Part shown: positions 9,533 to 19,098 of the stretch, one piece after another
How the letters are laid out: the number at the start of each line of letters is the position of its first letter
Position numbering within the stretch: position 1 is the stretch's first letter
Source: Rhabdothermincola salaria
Lineage (GTDB): Bacteria > Actinomycetota > Acidimicrobiia > Acidimicrobiales > Acidimicrobilacustridaceae
Direction of reading: 5' to 3'
Assembly (NCBI RefSeq): GCF_021246445.1
Contig: NZ_JAJQXW010000001.1
Span: 1,878,168 to 1,942,167 of the forward strand
DNA: 64,000 bases
Made by a program: the position numbers and the translations under genes
Notes under the pieces: generated by a model
Database searches by the model: none
What the model saw: the letters and a program-made list of their open reading frames with translations, nothing else
Told to the model about the DNA's origin: nothing

Positions 9533-9761
9533 TCCTGTAGAGTGCAGGTTCTTCCCCTTCTCGGCGCTTCTGGCGCCCTCTCAGCCGTCTCGTTCCGTTG
9601 GTCGAGGTGCGTGTGATGCCGCGAAGGGCCGAGCAGGTCCAACCAGGTTCGTCGGGCTCCCATCGCCGGTGCCCGCTGGTCGGGCGACCGCCGCGTGCTC
9701 CTGGCACGGTGGCGACGGTCTCGCCGGGCGCGTGCCCGCAGCTCGCCAGGCGGCTCCGGCC

Positions 9762-11732
9762 ATGACGATCGCCGACACACCACCGCTCACGTTGGGCGAG
9801 ATCGTCGAGCACCTCGGGCGCTACGTCGATCGCTTCGAGGTCGGCGAGCTCTCCCCCAGCGACGCCGCCACCGCCGCCAAGCGCTTCGGCAAGGTCAAGC
9901 GCATGGCCCAGACCGCCGAGCTCCTCTGCATCAAGCGCGCCGCCGAGACGTCGAAGGTGCGTCGCCGCGACGACGTCGACGGATCCAAGTGGGCCGGCCG
10001 GCAGCTGGGCACCAGCCCCGGGCACGCCGCCGAGCTGCTCAACCTCGCCGGCGGTCTCGAGTCGGCCCCGCAGACCCTCGAGGCGCTCAAGGCCGGCGAC
10101 ATCTCCACCGAGCAGGCCGCAGAGGTGGTCCGCACCGAAAAGGTCGCCCCCGGGTCCGAGCGCAACATGCTCGACCAGGCCGAGAACTCCTCGCTCACCG
10201 AGCTCAAGCGCCGGGGCCGCAAGGTGCGAGCCGCCGCCATCGGGCCCGAAGAGCAGGCGGCTCGGGTGCACCGCGGGCGCTACCTGCGGGCCTGGGTCGA
10301 TGACGACGGCGCCGGGCGGGGCTCCTGGAGCCTCGAACTCGCCGAGCACACCCAGTTCATGGCGCTGGTCGAGGCCCACACCGACCTCGTCTTCCAGGAG
10401 GCCCGCCGTGAGGGCCGGCGAGAGCCCATGGACGCCTACCGAGCCGACGCCCTGGTCCGCGTCGCCAGAGCTGCCCTCCGCTCCCCCAAACGCCGGGGGC
10501 CGAAGTCCTCGTCGAGCGCCCCCGACGACCCCGCGCCCACCGATGCCGGCGTCGGCGCTCCTGCCTCCAGCGGCGCCGACCAACCCGATCAGGCCGAGCC
10601 CGGACCCACGTCGGGTCCGACGCCCGACACGCCCTCCGCCGCACCTTCCCCGGCGAATCCCCCACCCGACGAGCCACCATCCGGCCCCTCCCCGGCGGAT
10701 CCCCCACCCGACGAGCCACCATCCGGACCACCGCCGGCCGGCCCATCACCGCCCGGGCCCACGTCGGGTCCGACGCCCGAAGCCCCACCAGCAGAGGGCC
10801 AGACCTCGGTTTCCAGCGATCGTGGTTCCGAGGCACCCGCGCCCGCCGAGGTGCTCGTCCACGTCAGCCACCGGCTCCTGCTCGAGGGACTCGATGACCC
10901 GCGGGACGCGGCCACGACGAACGAGCAGCCCTTCGGTGTCGGCTTCGATCGTTGCGCCGACGAAGGCCAGGTCGACAACCAACTCAAGCTCGCCGACCTG
11001 GCCGGCCCTGCCCACGCTGCCGACCACTCCGACCCAACTAACGCCGCCGACCGGACCCCCTCCGTCCCTGCAGCCGACAGAGCCGACCCGGCCGACGTGG
11101 CCGACGTGGCCAAGCCGGGCGACCTGGCCGAGATCGTGGGGCAGGGCCCGATCCCCGTGGGGGTCGTCCGCCAATGGCTGGGCCAGGGGGCGTTCGTCGC
11201 CCTGGTCGTGACCGCCGACGACGACCCCCTCGACGTCCGCTCCGTGCTCCACCTCGGGCGACGCTCACCGCTCGTCCGCCAGCTCTGGTCCCCCGTGCAC
11301 GGGCCTGCTGGTCGGCCCGCCGGGCCCGATCGCGACACCAGTGCCCACCACATCAAGGTCATCGTGCAGCTCACCGAGCAGGAGCTGCGGCACCCGGCGT
11401 CGGCGCCCCTGCAGGCTGCCGTGCGGATGCGAGGCGTCGACGTCGCCGACCTCGTCCACCGTGGCCGGCGACCCAACGCCGTCCAGCGCACCGCCCTGCA
11501 GTGGCGTTCGCCGGTGTGCGCCGTGCTCGGCTGCTCCAACCGCATCCGCCTCGAGGCCGACCACGTCGTCGAATGGTGCCTCACCGGCCACACCACCCTC
11601 TCCGAGCTCGAGCACCTCTGCCGGCAGCATCACCGCATGAAGACCCATGACGGCTACCGCCTCGCCCCCGGCACGGGCAAGCGGCCTCTCCTCCCACCCA
11701 CCGACCCCCTGGCAGAAGCGGCCGACCCATGA
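9762..11732 (+). CDS. DUF222/13E12-repeat-family HNH endonuclease
   Basis: Helical DUF222-like N-terminus (RRE....RADALV), Pro-rich linker, C-terminal CAVLGC...EADHVVEW..TGHT.L..L..LCRQHHRMK. Confidence 0.8.
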   Translation: MTIADTPPLTLGEIVEHLGRYVDRFEVGELSPSDAATAAKRFGKVKRMAQTAELLCIKRAAETSKVRRRDDVDGSKWAGRQLGTSPGHAAELLNLAGGLESAPQTLEALKAGDISTEQAAEVVRTEKVAPGSERNMLDQAENSSLTELKRRGRKVRAAAIGPEEQAARVHRGRYLRAWVDDDGAGRGSWSLELAEHTQFMALVEAHTDLVFQEARREGRREPMDAYRADALVRVARAALRSPKRRGPKSSSSAPDDPAPTDAGVGAPASSGADQPDQAEPGPTSGPTPDTPSAAPSPANPPPDEPPSGPSPADPPPDEPPSGPPPAGPSPPGPTSGPTPEAPPAEGQTSVSSDRGSEAPAPAEVLVHVSHRLLLEGLDDPRDAATTNEQPFGVGFDRCADEGQVDNQLKLADLAGPAHAADHSDPTNAADRTPSVPAADRADPADVADVAKPGDLAEIVGQGPIPVGVVRQWLGQGAFVALVVTADDDPLDVRSVLHLGRRSPLVRQLWSPVHGPAGRPAGPDRDTSAHHIKVIVQLTEQELRHPASAPLQAAVRMRGVDVADLVHRGRRPNAVQRTALQWRSPVCAVLGCSNRIRLEADHVVEWCLTGHTTLSELEHLCRQHHRMKTHDGYRLAPGTGKRPLLPPTDPLAEAADP

Positions 11733-11760
11733 CCCAGGCGGTCCGACGGGCCACGCCACG

Positions 11761-11816
11761 CGACAGGCGACAGGCGACAGGCGACAGGCGACAGGCGACA
11801 GGCGACAGGCGACAGA
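11761..11816. repeat. 7-bp microsatellite (CGACAGG) x~8
   Basis: Seen directly, intergenic. Confidence 0.9.
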
Positions 11817-11889
11817 CGATGTGAGACGTCGGCCGGCTGCGCGTTCAGCCCGCTCGCCGCCCCGGGCGGACAGCCGCACAACCGCACAA

Positions 11890-12070
11890 CGGCACGGCAG
11901 GACGGCGCTGCGCCAACCCACGAGACACGACGGCAGGACGGCGGTGCGCCAACCCACGAGACGCGACGCCAGCCCGGCCAGCGCCAACCCACGAAACCCG
12001 ACGCCAGCCCGGCCAGCGCCAACCCACGAAACCCGACGCCCGCCCACACGACGCCAGCCCACACGACGGC
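11890..12070. repeat. 35-36-bp composite tandem repeats sharing core GCGCCAACCCACGA
   Basis: Core at 11910, 11946, 11981 and 12016. Flanks duplicated pairwise. Confidence 0.75.
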
Positions 12071-12088
12071 GACCGGCGGTGCGGGGGG

Positions 12089-12901
12089 TCAGGTCGTGGG
12101 GCCGGCGAAGAGCCGACGGGCGCCGTCCAGGGCGCGCGTCAGCTCACCATCGCCCTCCACGCTGATGCGGGGCAGCCCGCCCAGCCGGTCCTGTAACAGG
12201 CCCACGTCCTTCTCGAGCAGATCGACGACGATCTCGAAGAGGCTCCCCGCCATCCAGCTGCCCCCGGATCCGGAGAGCACCACCTCGTAGACCTTGGCCG
12301 CGTCGAGACCGACCTCGTCGGCCAACCGGAGCATCTCGGCCAGCGCCGCGGTGTTGTAGGCGGCGAGGACGTTGTTGACGAGCTTGGCCATGGTGGGCTG
12401 TCCGTAGCCATCGAAGCGCACGACCTTCGAGGCGATGGTCGACAGCAGGAAGGCCTCGTCCTCGTCGTCGAGAGGTCCGGCGCCCATCACCGTGAGGTTC
12501 CCCGCCAGCGCTCCGAACTCCCCGCCGGAGACAGGCAGCTCGACGAGCCGCAGCTGGTCGGTGGCGAAACGATCGAGCCTCGTGGCCGCCTCGGCCTCGA
12601 GGGTGGTGACGACGAAGGCGGTGAGGGGCCGGCTCTCGGCCACCCGCCCCTCAGCCACCCGACCCAGTGCCTCGAGGACCTCCTCGGCCTGCTCGGTGAG
12701 CCGGACGACGACGAGCACCCGGGTCACGTCGCGCCAGTCGACGTCGTCGAGCCGTTCCACGGCCTCCAATCCGGTCATGGCCGTCCACACCGTCCGACGG
12801 AGCTCGGACAGCTCGACACCGACGACCTCCTGGCCCCGCATCGTGAGCCGTCGCCCGATGGCGAGGCCGATGTTGCCGAGTCCGATCACTGCAACGCTCA
12901 T
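12089..12901 (-). CDS. NAD(P)-dependent beta-hydroxyacid dehydrogenase (3-hydroxyisobutyrate dehydrogenase family)
   Basis: VIGLGNIG Rossmann motif, PVSGG, catalytic KLVNN. Confidence 0.85.
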   Translation of the reverse strand: MSVAVIGLGNIGLAIGRRLTMRGQEVVGVELSELRRTVWTAMTGLEAVERLDDVDWRDVTRVLVVVRLTEQAEEVLEALGRVAEGRVAESRPLTAFVVTTLEAEAATRLDRFATDQLRLVELPVSGGEFGALAGNLTVMGAGPLDDEDEAFLLSTIASKVVRFDGYGQPTMAKLVNNVLAAYNTAALAEMLRLADEVGLDAAKVYEVVLSGSGGSWMAGSLFEIVVDLLEKDVGLLQDRLGGLPRISVEGDGELTRALDGARRLFAGPTT

Positions 12902-13010
12902 GGCGCCCTCTCACTTGTCGTCATGGCCACAGGGCCTCACGGTCTTCACCTGGCCTCCCGGTCTTCACCTGGCCTCGCGGGCGCTACGGGGCCCCATCGG
13001 CTGACGGTCT

Positions 13011-14933
13011 TCACGTGGGCCCACCCACCAGCGGCAGGCGGATGACCGAACCCTGCGCACCGCAGAGCAACGACACGGACCCGTGCTCGTCGCCCGGGGA
13101 GGTGCGGGTCACGGTTCGCGGGAACCTCGGGTAGCTGGTGAGCGACACCAGCACGGCGAGGCGGTGACCGGGCCGCAGACGGTGGGTGAGCCACCCGACG
13201 GTGAGCTCGGCCGTGGTGCCGTCGGCGCCGGTGCGCCCGGCCCCCTCGCGCAGCAGCATGATCCGTCCGCTCGGCTCCACCTCCGCCAGGCGCACGCACA
13301 CCTGCAGCCCCGGTTCCGCGCCGGCCAGGGCGAGCCGGGCCCGCACCTGGCCCGAGAGCTCGGCGCCACCGGGATCGGCGCCACCAAAACTGTCACCGAG
13401 ACCCGCACCGAGACCCGCACCGAGACCCGCACCGAGGTCGGCGCCGACGAACACCGCGACGTCGTCGCGCCCGAGCAGGCATCGTTGGTCGCGCGGCCCG
13501 GCGTTGGCCGCCACCTCGAGGCCGGGGAGGAAGGTCTGCCCGCCGAGGGTGGGAACCGGGTGGCGTTCGTCGAAGGCGAGCGCCACCTCGTGGGAGGCAT
13601 CGGGTGCTTCGGGACCGAACGACCCCTCGCCACCTTCTGGGCCGGCGCCGAGGTACCAGTCGGTGGTCGGCGAGTGGAGGGCCTCTGCATCCACGTCGCG
13701 CCACTCGTCGGCACCGGTCACGAACACCTTGGTGAGAGGCGCCTCGGCCCCGGACGCCACGGCACCTCCGGAACCACCGTCGGCCGCGGCGCCCACAGAA
13801 CCACCGTCGGCCGCGGCGCCCACAGAACCACCGGCGGCCGCGGCGCCCACAGAACCACCGGCGGCCGCGGCGCCCACAGAGCCCCCGGTGGACACAGAGC
13901 CCCCCGTGCCCCCGGAACCCCAGGCGGCCGAGGGGGCGCCAGGGCCCTCGGGGACCCCGGCACCGTCGACGCCGACACCGCGCAACCAGCGGTCGAACCA
14001 CCGCAGCTGCAGGTCGGTGAGCCCGACGGCGTCGCCACTCGCCCCCGGACCGAAGCTGTGCTCGGGGAAGACGCCGGGGTTGGTGCCCCCGTGGGGCCAC
14101 GGTCCCACGACGAGGCCGACCGGTGGCGCCCCGGCGTCGGCCCGGAAGTGCGCCACGGTGGCCATGAGACCGTCGTTGAAGATGTCGAACCACCCGCCGA
14201 TGCACAGCGCCGGCGCCGTGAGCCGGCGAGGCCCCACCTCGAGCGGCACCGGTCGTCCGGCAGCGAGGGTGGCGCCGATCGGCGGGAGGGCGGCGGCGAG
14301 CACCTCGAGGACCTCGGGATCGGGCTGCCATGCCAGCGCGTCGACGTCGAGTGCCGGGAGCGTGCCCAGCGCCGAGCCCGACTCGGCTCGCAGCTGCAGA
14401 CCGGGGAGCAGGTGGCGGACGGCCCACAACAGCAGGAACCCCTGCTCGACCACCCCCTCCGATGCCAGCCACCCGCGCTCGAGCTCGTCGCCCGACAACA
14501 TCGGGGCGATCGCCTTCAGCCCTGGGACATCCCGACGGGCGGTGAGCCACTGGCCCATACCGGAGTAGGACCGGCCGAACAGCCCCACCGTGCCGTCGGA
14601 CCACGGCTGTTCGGTGATCCAGCCGATGGTGGCGGCGGTGTCGTCGGCTTCGTCGACGAAGGGACGGAAGTGCCCCTCGGACTTCCCCCGCCCCCGGCAG
14701 TCCTGCACCACCACCGCGTAGCCGTGGCCCACCGCTCGGGCCACGTCGAGGGCGCCGTTGACGATGCCCCAGGCGTCCTTGCCGTAGGCCACCCGCTGCA
14801 ACAGGCACGGCCGCGGGCCGTCGGCGTCGAGCCGGTACACGTCGGTGGCGAGGACGGTCCCGTCGGCGGCGGGGACGGCGAGGTCGGCATCGAGGATGCG
14901 ACGCGTGGCGGTGAGCGACGTGATGCGTGACAT
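13011..14933 (-). CDS. CocE/NonD family hydrolase with Gly/Ala repeat insertions
   Basis: LATDVYR, YGK, VQDCRGRGKSEG, GRSYSG nucleophile, GGWFD, GPWPH. Confidence 0.9.
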   Translation of the reverse strand: MSRITSLTATRRILDADLAVPAADGTVLATDVYRLDADGPRPCLLQRVAYGKDAWGIVNGALDVARAVGHGYAVVVQDCRGRGKSEGHFRPFVDEADDTAATIGWITEQPWSDGTVGLFGRSYSGMGQWLTARRDVPGLKAIAPMLSGDELERGWLASEGVVEQGFLLLWAVRHLLPGLQLRAESGSALGTLPALDVDALAWQPDPEVLEVLAAALPPIGATLAAGRPVPLEVGPRRLTAPALCIGGWFDIFNDGLMATVAHFRADAGAPPVGLVVGPWPHGGTNPGVFPEHSFGPGASGDAVGLTDLQLRWFDRWLRGVGVDGAGVPEGPGAPSAAWGSGGTGGSVSTGGSVGAAAAGGSVGAAAAGGSVGAAADGGSVGAAADGGSGGAVASGAEAPLTKVFVTGADEWRDVDAEALHSPTTDWYLGAGPEGGEGSFGPEAPDASHEVALAFDERHPVPTLGGQTFLPGLEVAANAGPRDQRCLLGRDDVAVFVGADLGAGLGAGLGAGLGDSFGGADPGGAELSGQVRARLALAGAEPGLQVCVRLAEVEPSGRIMLLREGAGRTGADGTTAELTVGWLTHRLRPGHRLAVLVSLTSYPRFPRTVTRTSPGDEHGSVSLLCGAQGSVIRLPLVGGPT

Positions 14934-14960
14934 GGGGAAGGGGCGTAGGGGCCGGTTCGG

Positions 14961-16238
14961 CTACCGCGGCGCCGGTTCGTCCCCTGCGGCGGCCGGCCCG
15001 AGCGGGGCCCCGTCCTCTCGGTCGGCCGAGAGGCCAGAGACACCGGCAGGACCGGCGGCGGCCGAAGGACCAGCCGACCCGTACACCTCACGGCGGAAGC
15101 GGGGCATCACCTCGCGGCTGTAGAGCTCCATGGTGCGGGTGGCCAGCTCGAGGCCCATGGTGCCGCCCTGCACCATCATCAAGAAGTTCCCGAACCCGCC
15201 GACCTTTTCGTAGAAGCGGCGCATCTGGTGAAAGACGGTGTCGGGGCTGCCGGCGAAGAAGTAGCCGTCCTCGGTGAGCTCCTCCACCGGCGCATGGGCC
15301 AGGTGGGCGATGGGCGACGTGACCTCCTCGCCCTTCAGCTGGGACTGCAACATGGCGGCCCGGACCTTCGGCTCGATGTAGCCGGGGACGTCCATGAACT
15401 GCGGCGCCACCTTGTTGTGCTGGATGTACCACTGCAGCTTGCGGGCGATGGCGTAGCCCTCCTCGTCGGTCTCCCCGACGGCCACGAGGCCCAGGTAGGC
15501 GAACTTCTCGAGGGGCGGATCGTCGGTCCCGCACTCCGCGGCCCGGGTCCGGTAGGCGTCGAAGATCGACCGGCACCCGGCCACCCCGTTGAGGATGGTG
15601 GCGACGGTGAACCCCCGCTCGGCCGTCTCGACGGCGGTGGAGGTGCTCTGGGTGGGGATCCAGACGGGCGGGTGGGGGTCCTGGTACACGCGGGGCCACA
15701 CGTTCACCTGGCGGTGGTGGAAGTGCTCGCCTTCCCAGTTGATCGGCCCGTCGTGGGCCTGCCAGGCCTCGAGGATGAGGTCGATGGCCTCGCGGAAGCG
15801 GGGCTTCTGGTCGACCGGGCTGACGTTGCCGGCGGAGAGCTCCTGGGGCACGCCGCGCACGAAGCCGACCTCGAGGCGGCCCTGGGAGATGACGTCGATC
15901 ATGGCCATCTCCTCGGCCACCCGCACCGGGTCGCTCCGGTTGGCCACCGGGTTGCCGAGGGCGAGCAGCCGGGCTCGTGTGGTCTCGCGGGCGAGGATGG
16001 CCAGCGACAACGGCACGGCGGGCTCCACGCAGGTGGCGGTGGCGTGGTGCTCGTTGCACATGATGTCGAGGCCCAGCTCGTCGGCGGCGGCGTACATGTC
16101 GTAGTACGCCTGGTAGAGCTGGTGGCCGACCTCGGGGTCGTAGTGGCGGCTCGGGAAGCTCACCCGCACCGAGTCGAACGTGTCCTCGGGCGGGATGTGG
16201 GGGTAAGGCATCTCGGTGAACACCCACGAGCGGAACAT
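14961..16238 (-). CDS. LLM-class (luciferase-like) flavin-dependent monooxygenase
   Basis: NEHH, PVRVAEEMAMIDVISQGRLEVGFVRG, PHPPVW. Confidence 0.9.
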   Translation of the reverse strand: MFRSWVFTEMPYPHIPPEDTFDSVRVSFPSRHYDPEVGHQLYQAYYDMYAAADELGLDIMCNEHHATATCVEPAVPLSLAILARETTRARLLALGNPVANRSDPVRVAEEMAMIDVISQGRLEVGFVRGVPQELSAGNVSPVDQKPRFREAIDLILEAWQAHDGPINWEGEHFHHRQVNVWPRVYQDPHPPVWIPTQSTSTAVETAERGFTVATILNGVAGCRSIFDAYRTRAAECGTDDPPLEKFAYLGLVAVGETDEEGYAIARKLQWYIQHNKVAPQFMDVPGYIEPKVRAAMLQSQLKGEEVTSPIAHLAHAPVEELTEDGYFFAGSPDTVFHQMRRFYEKVGGFGNFLMMVQGGTMGLELATRTMELYSREVMPRFRREVYGSAGPSAAAGPAGVSGLSADREDGAPLGPAAAGDEPAPR

Positions 16239-17074
16239 CAGCTCTCCTCCTGACCCGCCAGAGCGGGGGCGGGAACGTCGTCGACGGTCCGCAGGAAGTC
16301 CGTCACCAACGCCGCCAGCTCACCGGGGACCTCCTCTTCGATCCGGTGGCCGACGCCGGGCAGGGTGACGGCGCGAGCGGCATCGCCGATGGCGCCGGCC
16401 CACCGCTCTGCGATGTCCCCCTCCAGCAGGAACCGGTCGGCGTCGCCGGCCACCACCAGGGTGGGCGCCGCGATCCGGCGCAGCCGGTGGCGCAGCTTCG
16501 GCTCGTGGAAGTACGGCTCCCACGCGTAGCGGGCCACCGCTTCTTGGGCCTCCGCCAACATCAACAGCTCGTCGAAGCCGACCTCGGCGAGGTCGGGCAC
16601 GTCGGCCGGATCGGCGTACTGCAGCGCTCGGACGTCCGCCGCACCGGTGGCGTAGATGTCGACGAAGGCGCGGTCCTGCCGCCCGCCGAACTTGACGCCC
16701 ACGGGAGCGCACAGCACCTGGGCGCTGAGCTGTCGGGGCTGCCACACCGCCATCTCGGCCGCCACCCACGCCCCCATGGAGAGGCCCACCACCGGCACCG
16801 GCCCGGTGCCCAGGGCGGCGACCAGCTCCAGGCAGGCGAACGCCAGGTCCTGGGGGCGGGTGACGTGCTCGGGACGGTCGGAGCCGGGCCAGCCCGGCAG
16901 GGCAGGGGCGATGACCTCGTGGCTGGAGGACAGCGCCTGGATGAACGGGCCCGTGAAGAGCAGGCCGTCCTCGCCGTGCAGCACCAGCAGCGGGGGGCCC
17001 TCACCGCGGCGGTGCACCAGCACGTCGGCGCCGTCGACGGTGACGTGCTCGGAGCGCGTGTCGCCAGCGCCCAT
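16238..17074 (-). CDS. alpha/beta fold hydrolase
   Basis: LVLHG, GLSMGAW nucleophile elbow, C-terminal GH. 1-nt TGATG overlaps with both neighbours. Confidence 0.85.
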   Translation of the reverse strand: MGAGDTRSEHVTVDGADVLVHRRGEGPPLLVLHGEDGLLFTGPFIQALSSSHEVIAPALPGWPGSDRPEHVTRPQDLAFACLELVAALGTGPVPVVGLSMGAWVAAEMAVWQPRQLSAQVLCAPVGVKFGGRQDRAFVDIYATGAADVRALQYADPADVPDLAEVGFDELLMLAEAQEAVARYAWEPYFHEPKLRHRLRRIAAPTLVVAGDADRFLLEGDIAERWAGAIGDAARAVTLPGVGHRIEEEVPGELAALVTDFLRTVDDVPAPALAGQEES

Positions 17075-18324
17075 CAGAAGGCCTCGGGATCGGCCTGGAC
17101 CGCGGCCGGCACCGGATGGCGGTAGAGCTCGGACGCGTTCTTCCAGGTCACCTTCTGCGCCTCGTCGTCGGTGAGGGTCGCCAGCTGGTGGCGCATCACC
17201 TCCTGGGTGTCGGGCCAGGTGGAGTCGCAGTGCGGGTAGTCCTGCTCCACCAGGATGCGGTCGACGCCGATGCGCTCGCGCAGCGGGAAGGTGCTCGGGT
17301 CCTCGAGGGAGCAGAACCAGAAGTTGCGGTGCAACACCTCGGCGGGGCTGAGCTCGATGCCGTCCCACGTGCCGTACATCTCGCTGTAGCGCGACATGTG
17401 GTCGAGCCGGTCGAGCAGGGCCGGCACCCAGCCGATGCCGCCCTCGGAGAACGCCAGCTTGATGTCCGGGAAGCGCACCGGGATCTTGGAGAAGAGCCAG
17501 TCGACGGTGGCGAACATCGAGTAGCCGAAGAACAGCACGCCGGTGACGTCGGGCGGTGCGTCGGGAGACGCGCTCGGCGCCGTGCCCGACGACCCGATGT
17601 GGAGGTTGACCACGGTGCCGGTCTCCTCGCAGGCCTGCAGCAGCGGGTCCCAGTGGCCGGTGTGGATCGACGGCAGCCCCAGGGCGTGGGGGTTCTCGGA
17701 GAACGTCACGGCCTTGAAGCCCCGCTCGGCGTTCTCGCGGATCATCTGGGCGCCGAGCTCCGGGTCGAGCAGGTACGGCAGCTGGCAGGGGATGAAGCGG
17801 TCGGGGTGCGCCCCGCACCACGCCTCGAGGTGCCAGTCGTTCCAGGCCCGGGTGGCGGCGAGGGCCAGCTCGGGGTCCTGGGTGGACAGCTGGAGCCGTT
17901 GGCCGGCGAAGCCCGGCAGGAACGACGGGAAGCACAGCGAGGCGTAGACGCCGTTGATGTCCATGTCGGCCACCCGGGCGTCGACGTCCCAGGCGCCGCG
18001 GCGCATGTGCTCGAACTTGGTCGGCTCGAAGCTGTACTCGAGCACGGGCCGGCCCACCACCGCGTTGAACCCCACGTTGGGGAACCCCTGGCCGTCGTAC
18101 ACCCACACGTGGGCGCCGTCGCGCTCGACGATGTGGGGCGCTCGGTCGCCGAAGGCGGCGGGCATGCGGCCCTCGAAGGTGTCGGGCGGCTCGACGAGGT
18201 GGTCGTCGACGGAGATGAGCGGGTAGTGCCGCGGGCGACGCTCCGGCTCGGGCAGGAAGGTGACCTTGCCGCGCTCGGCGACGGTGAAGCCCAGGTCCTG
18301 CTCGAGGTCGTCGAGGGAAGGCAT
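17074..18324 (-). CDS. amidohydrolase 2 family protein
   Basis: ISVDDHLVEP, AWNDW, LHIGS, SEGGIGW, DYPHCDSTWP. Confidence 0.9.
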   Translation of the reverse strand: MPSLDDLEQDLGFTVAERGKVTFLPEPERRPRHYPLISVDDHLVEPPDTFEGRMPAAFGDRAPHIVERDGAHVWVYDGQGFPNVGFNAVVGRPVLEYSFEPTKFEHMRRGAWDVDARVADMDINGVYASLCFPSFLPGFAGQRLQLSTQDPELALAATRAWNDWHLEAWCGAHPDRFIPCQLPYLLDPELGAQMIRENAERGFKAVTFSENPHALGLPSIHTGHWDPLLQACEETGTVVNLHIGSSGTAPSASPDAPPDVTGVLFFGYSMFATVDWLFSKIPVRFPDIKLAFSEGGIGWVPALLDRLDHMSRYSEMYGTWDGIELSPAEVLHRNFWFCSLEDPSTFPLRERIGVDRILVEQDYPHCDSTWPDTQEVMRHQLATLTDDEAQKVTWKNASELYRHPVPAAVQADPEAF

Positions 18325-19040
18325 CAGCGGTCCTCTCCGTCGAGGTGGTCGAAGAGGTCGGGATCGGATCGGCGCAGCCGCCGGAAGTTGGCGGCCCACG
18401 TCGCGGGCCGGAAGTGCTCGTCGTAGTCGCGCTGGGTCTGCTCGACCTCGGCCAGGGGCATCTCTCGGCCGCCGAGGCGCACCGCGTCGTTGTGGTACCT
18501 CGCCGCCTTCTCGAGCGAGATGGCGTCGACGGCGGCATGCTCCAGGGTGGGTCCGGTGATCACCGCGCCGTGGTTCTGCATGATCACCACGCTCTTGTCG
18601 TCGCCGAGGGCGGCGGCGAGGGGCTTGCCGTCCGCCGAGGGACGCGACCCGTCGTCGCAGAAGAGCGCCTGGCGGCCGTGGAACAGCGCAGCCACGACGT
18701 TGTACATCCCGAGCTCGGTGCCGAGGGTCGAGAACAGCGACACCTCGTAGGAGTGGGTGTGGATGATCGAACCGACGTCGGGTCGCTCGCGGTAGATGGC
18801 GGCATGGAACTGGATGGCCGGCGACGGAGCCCAATCGCCCTCGAGCACCTCCAGGTCGAAGGTGACCCGCAGGAGCCGGTCGGGCGTGGTCTCGTCGAAG
18901 TACTCGAAGGGCGTCACCCAGAAGGCGTCCTCGCCCGGCGACCGCACGCTCACATGCCCGGCGATGCCGCTGTCACAGCCCTCTCGTTGCAGGATGCGCC
19001 GCGCCGCGGCGATCTTGAAGCGGGTGTCGTCGATGTCCAC
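18324..19040 (-). CDS. class II aldolase/adducin family protein
   Basis: GHVSVR, FHAAIYRERPDV, IIHTH, MQNHG metal ligands. Confidence 0.9.
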   Translation of the reverse strand: MDIDDTRFKIAAARRILQREGCDSGIAGHVSVRSPGEDAFWVTPFEYFDETTPDRLLRVTFDLEVLEGDWAPSPAIQFHAAIYRERPDVGSIIHTHSYEVSLFSTLGTELGMYNVVAALFHGRQALFCDDGSRPSADGKPLAAALGDDKSVVIMQNHGAVITGPTLEHAAVDAISLEKAARYHNDAVRLGGREMPLAEVEQTQRDYDEHFRPATWAANFRRLRRSDPDLFDHLDGEDR

Positions 19041-19098
19041 CTGGTCCCTCCCCTCCCCGGCGACGGAACACGCCGAGGACGACCATCTGGCAAACAGT

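Noticed and set aside
11890..12070. CRISPR-like array (14-bp core every 35-36 bp)
   Set aside because: The core is too short, the intervening sequences are duplicates of each other, and there are no cas genes.
16238..18834. Long fused ORF-track calls (766 aa and 586 aa; likewise 47049-49790, 49738-52353, 59422-62376)
   Set aside because: The N-terminal extensions are off-frame read-through of neighbouring genes. Real starts are at internal ATG/GTG codons with an RBS or stop-start overlap.
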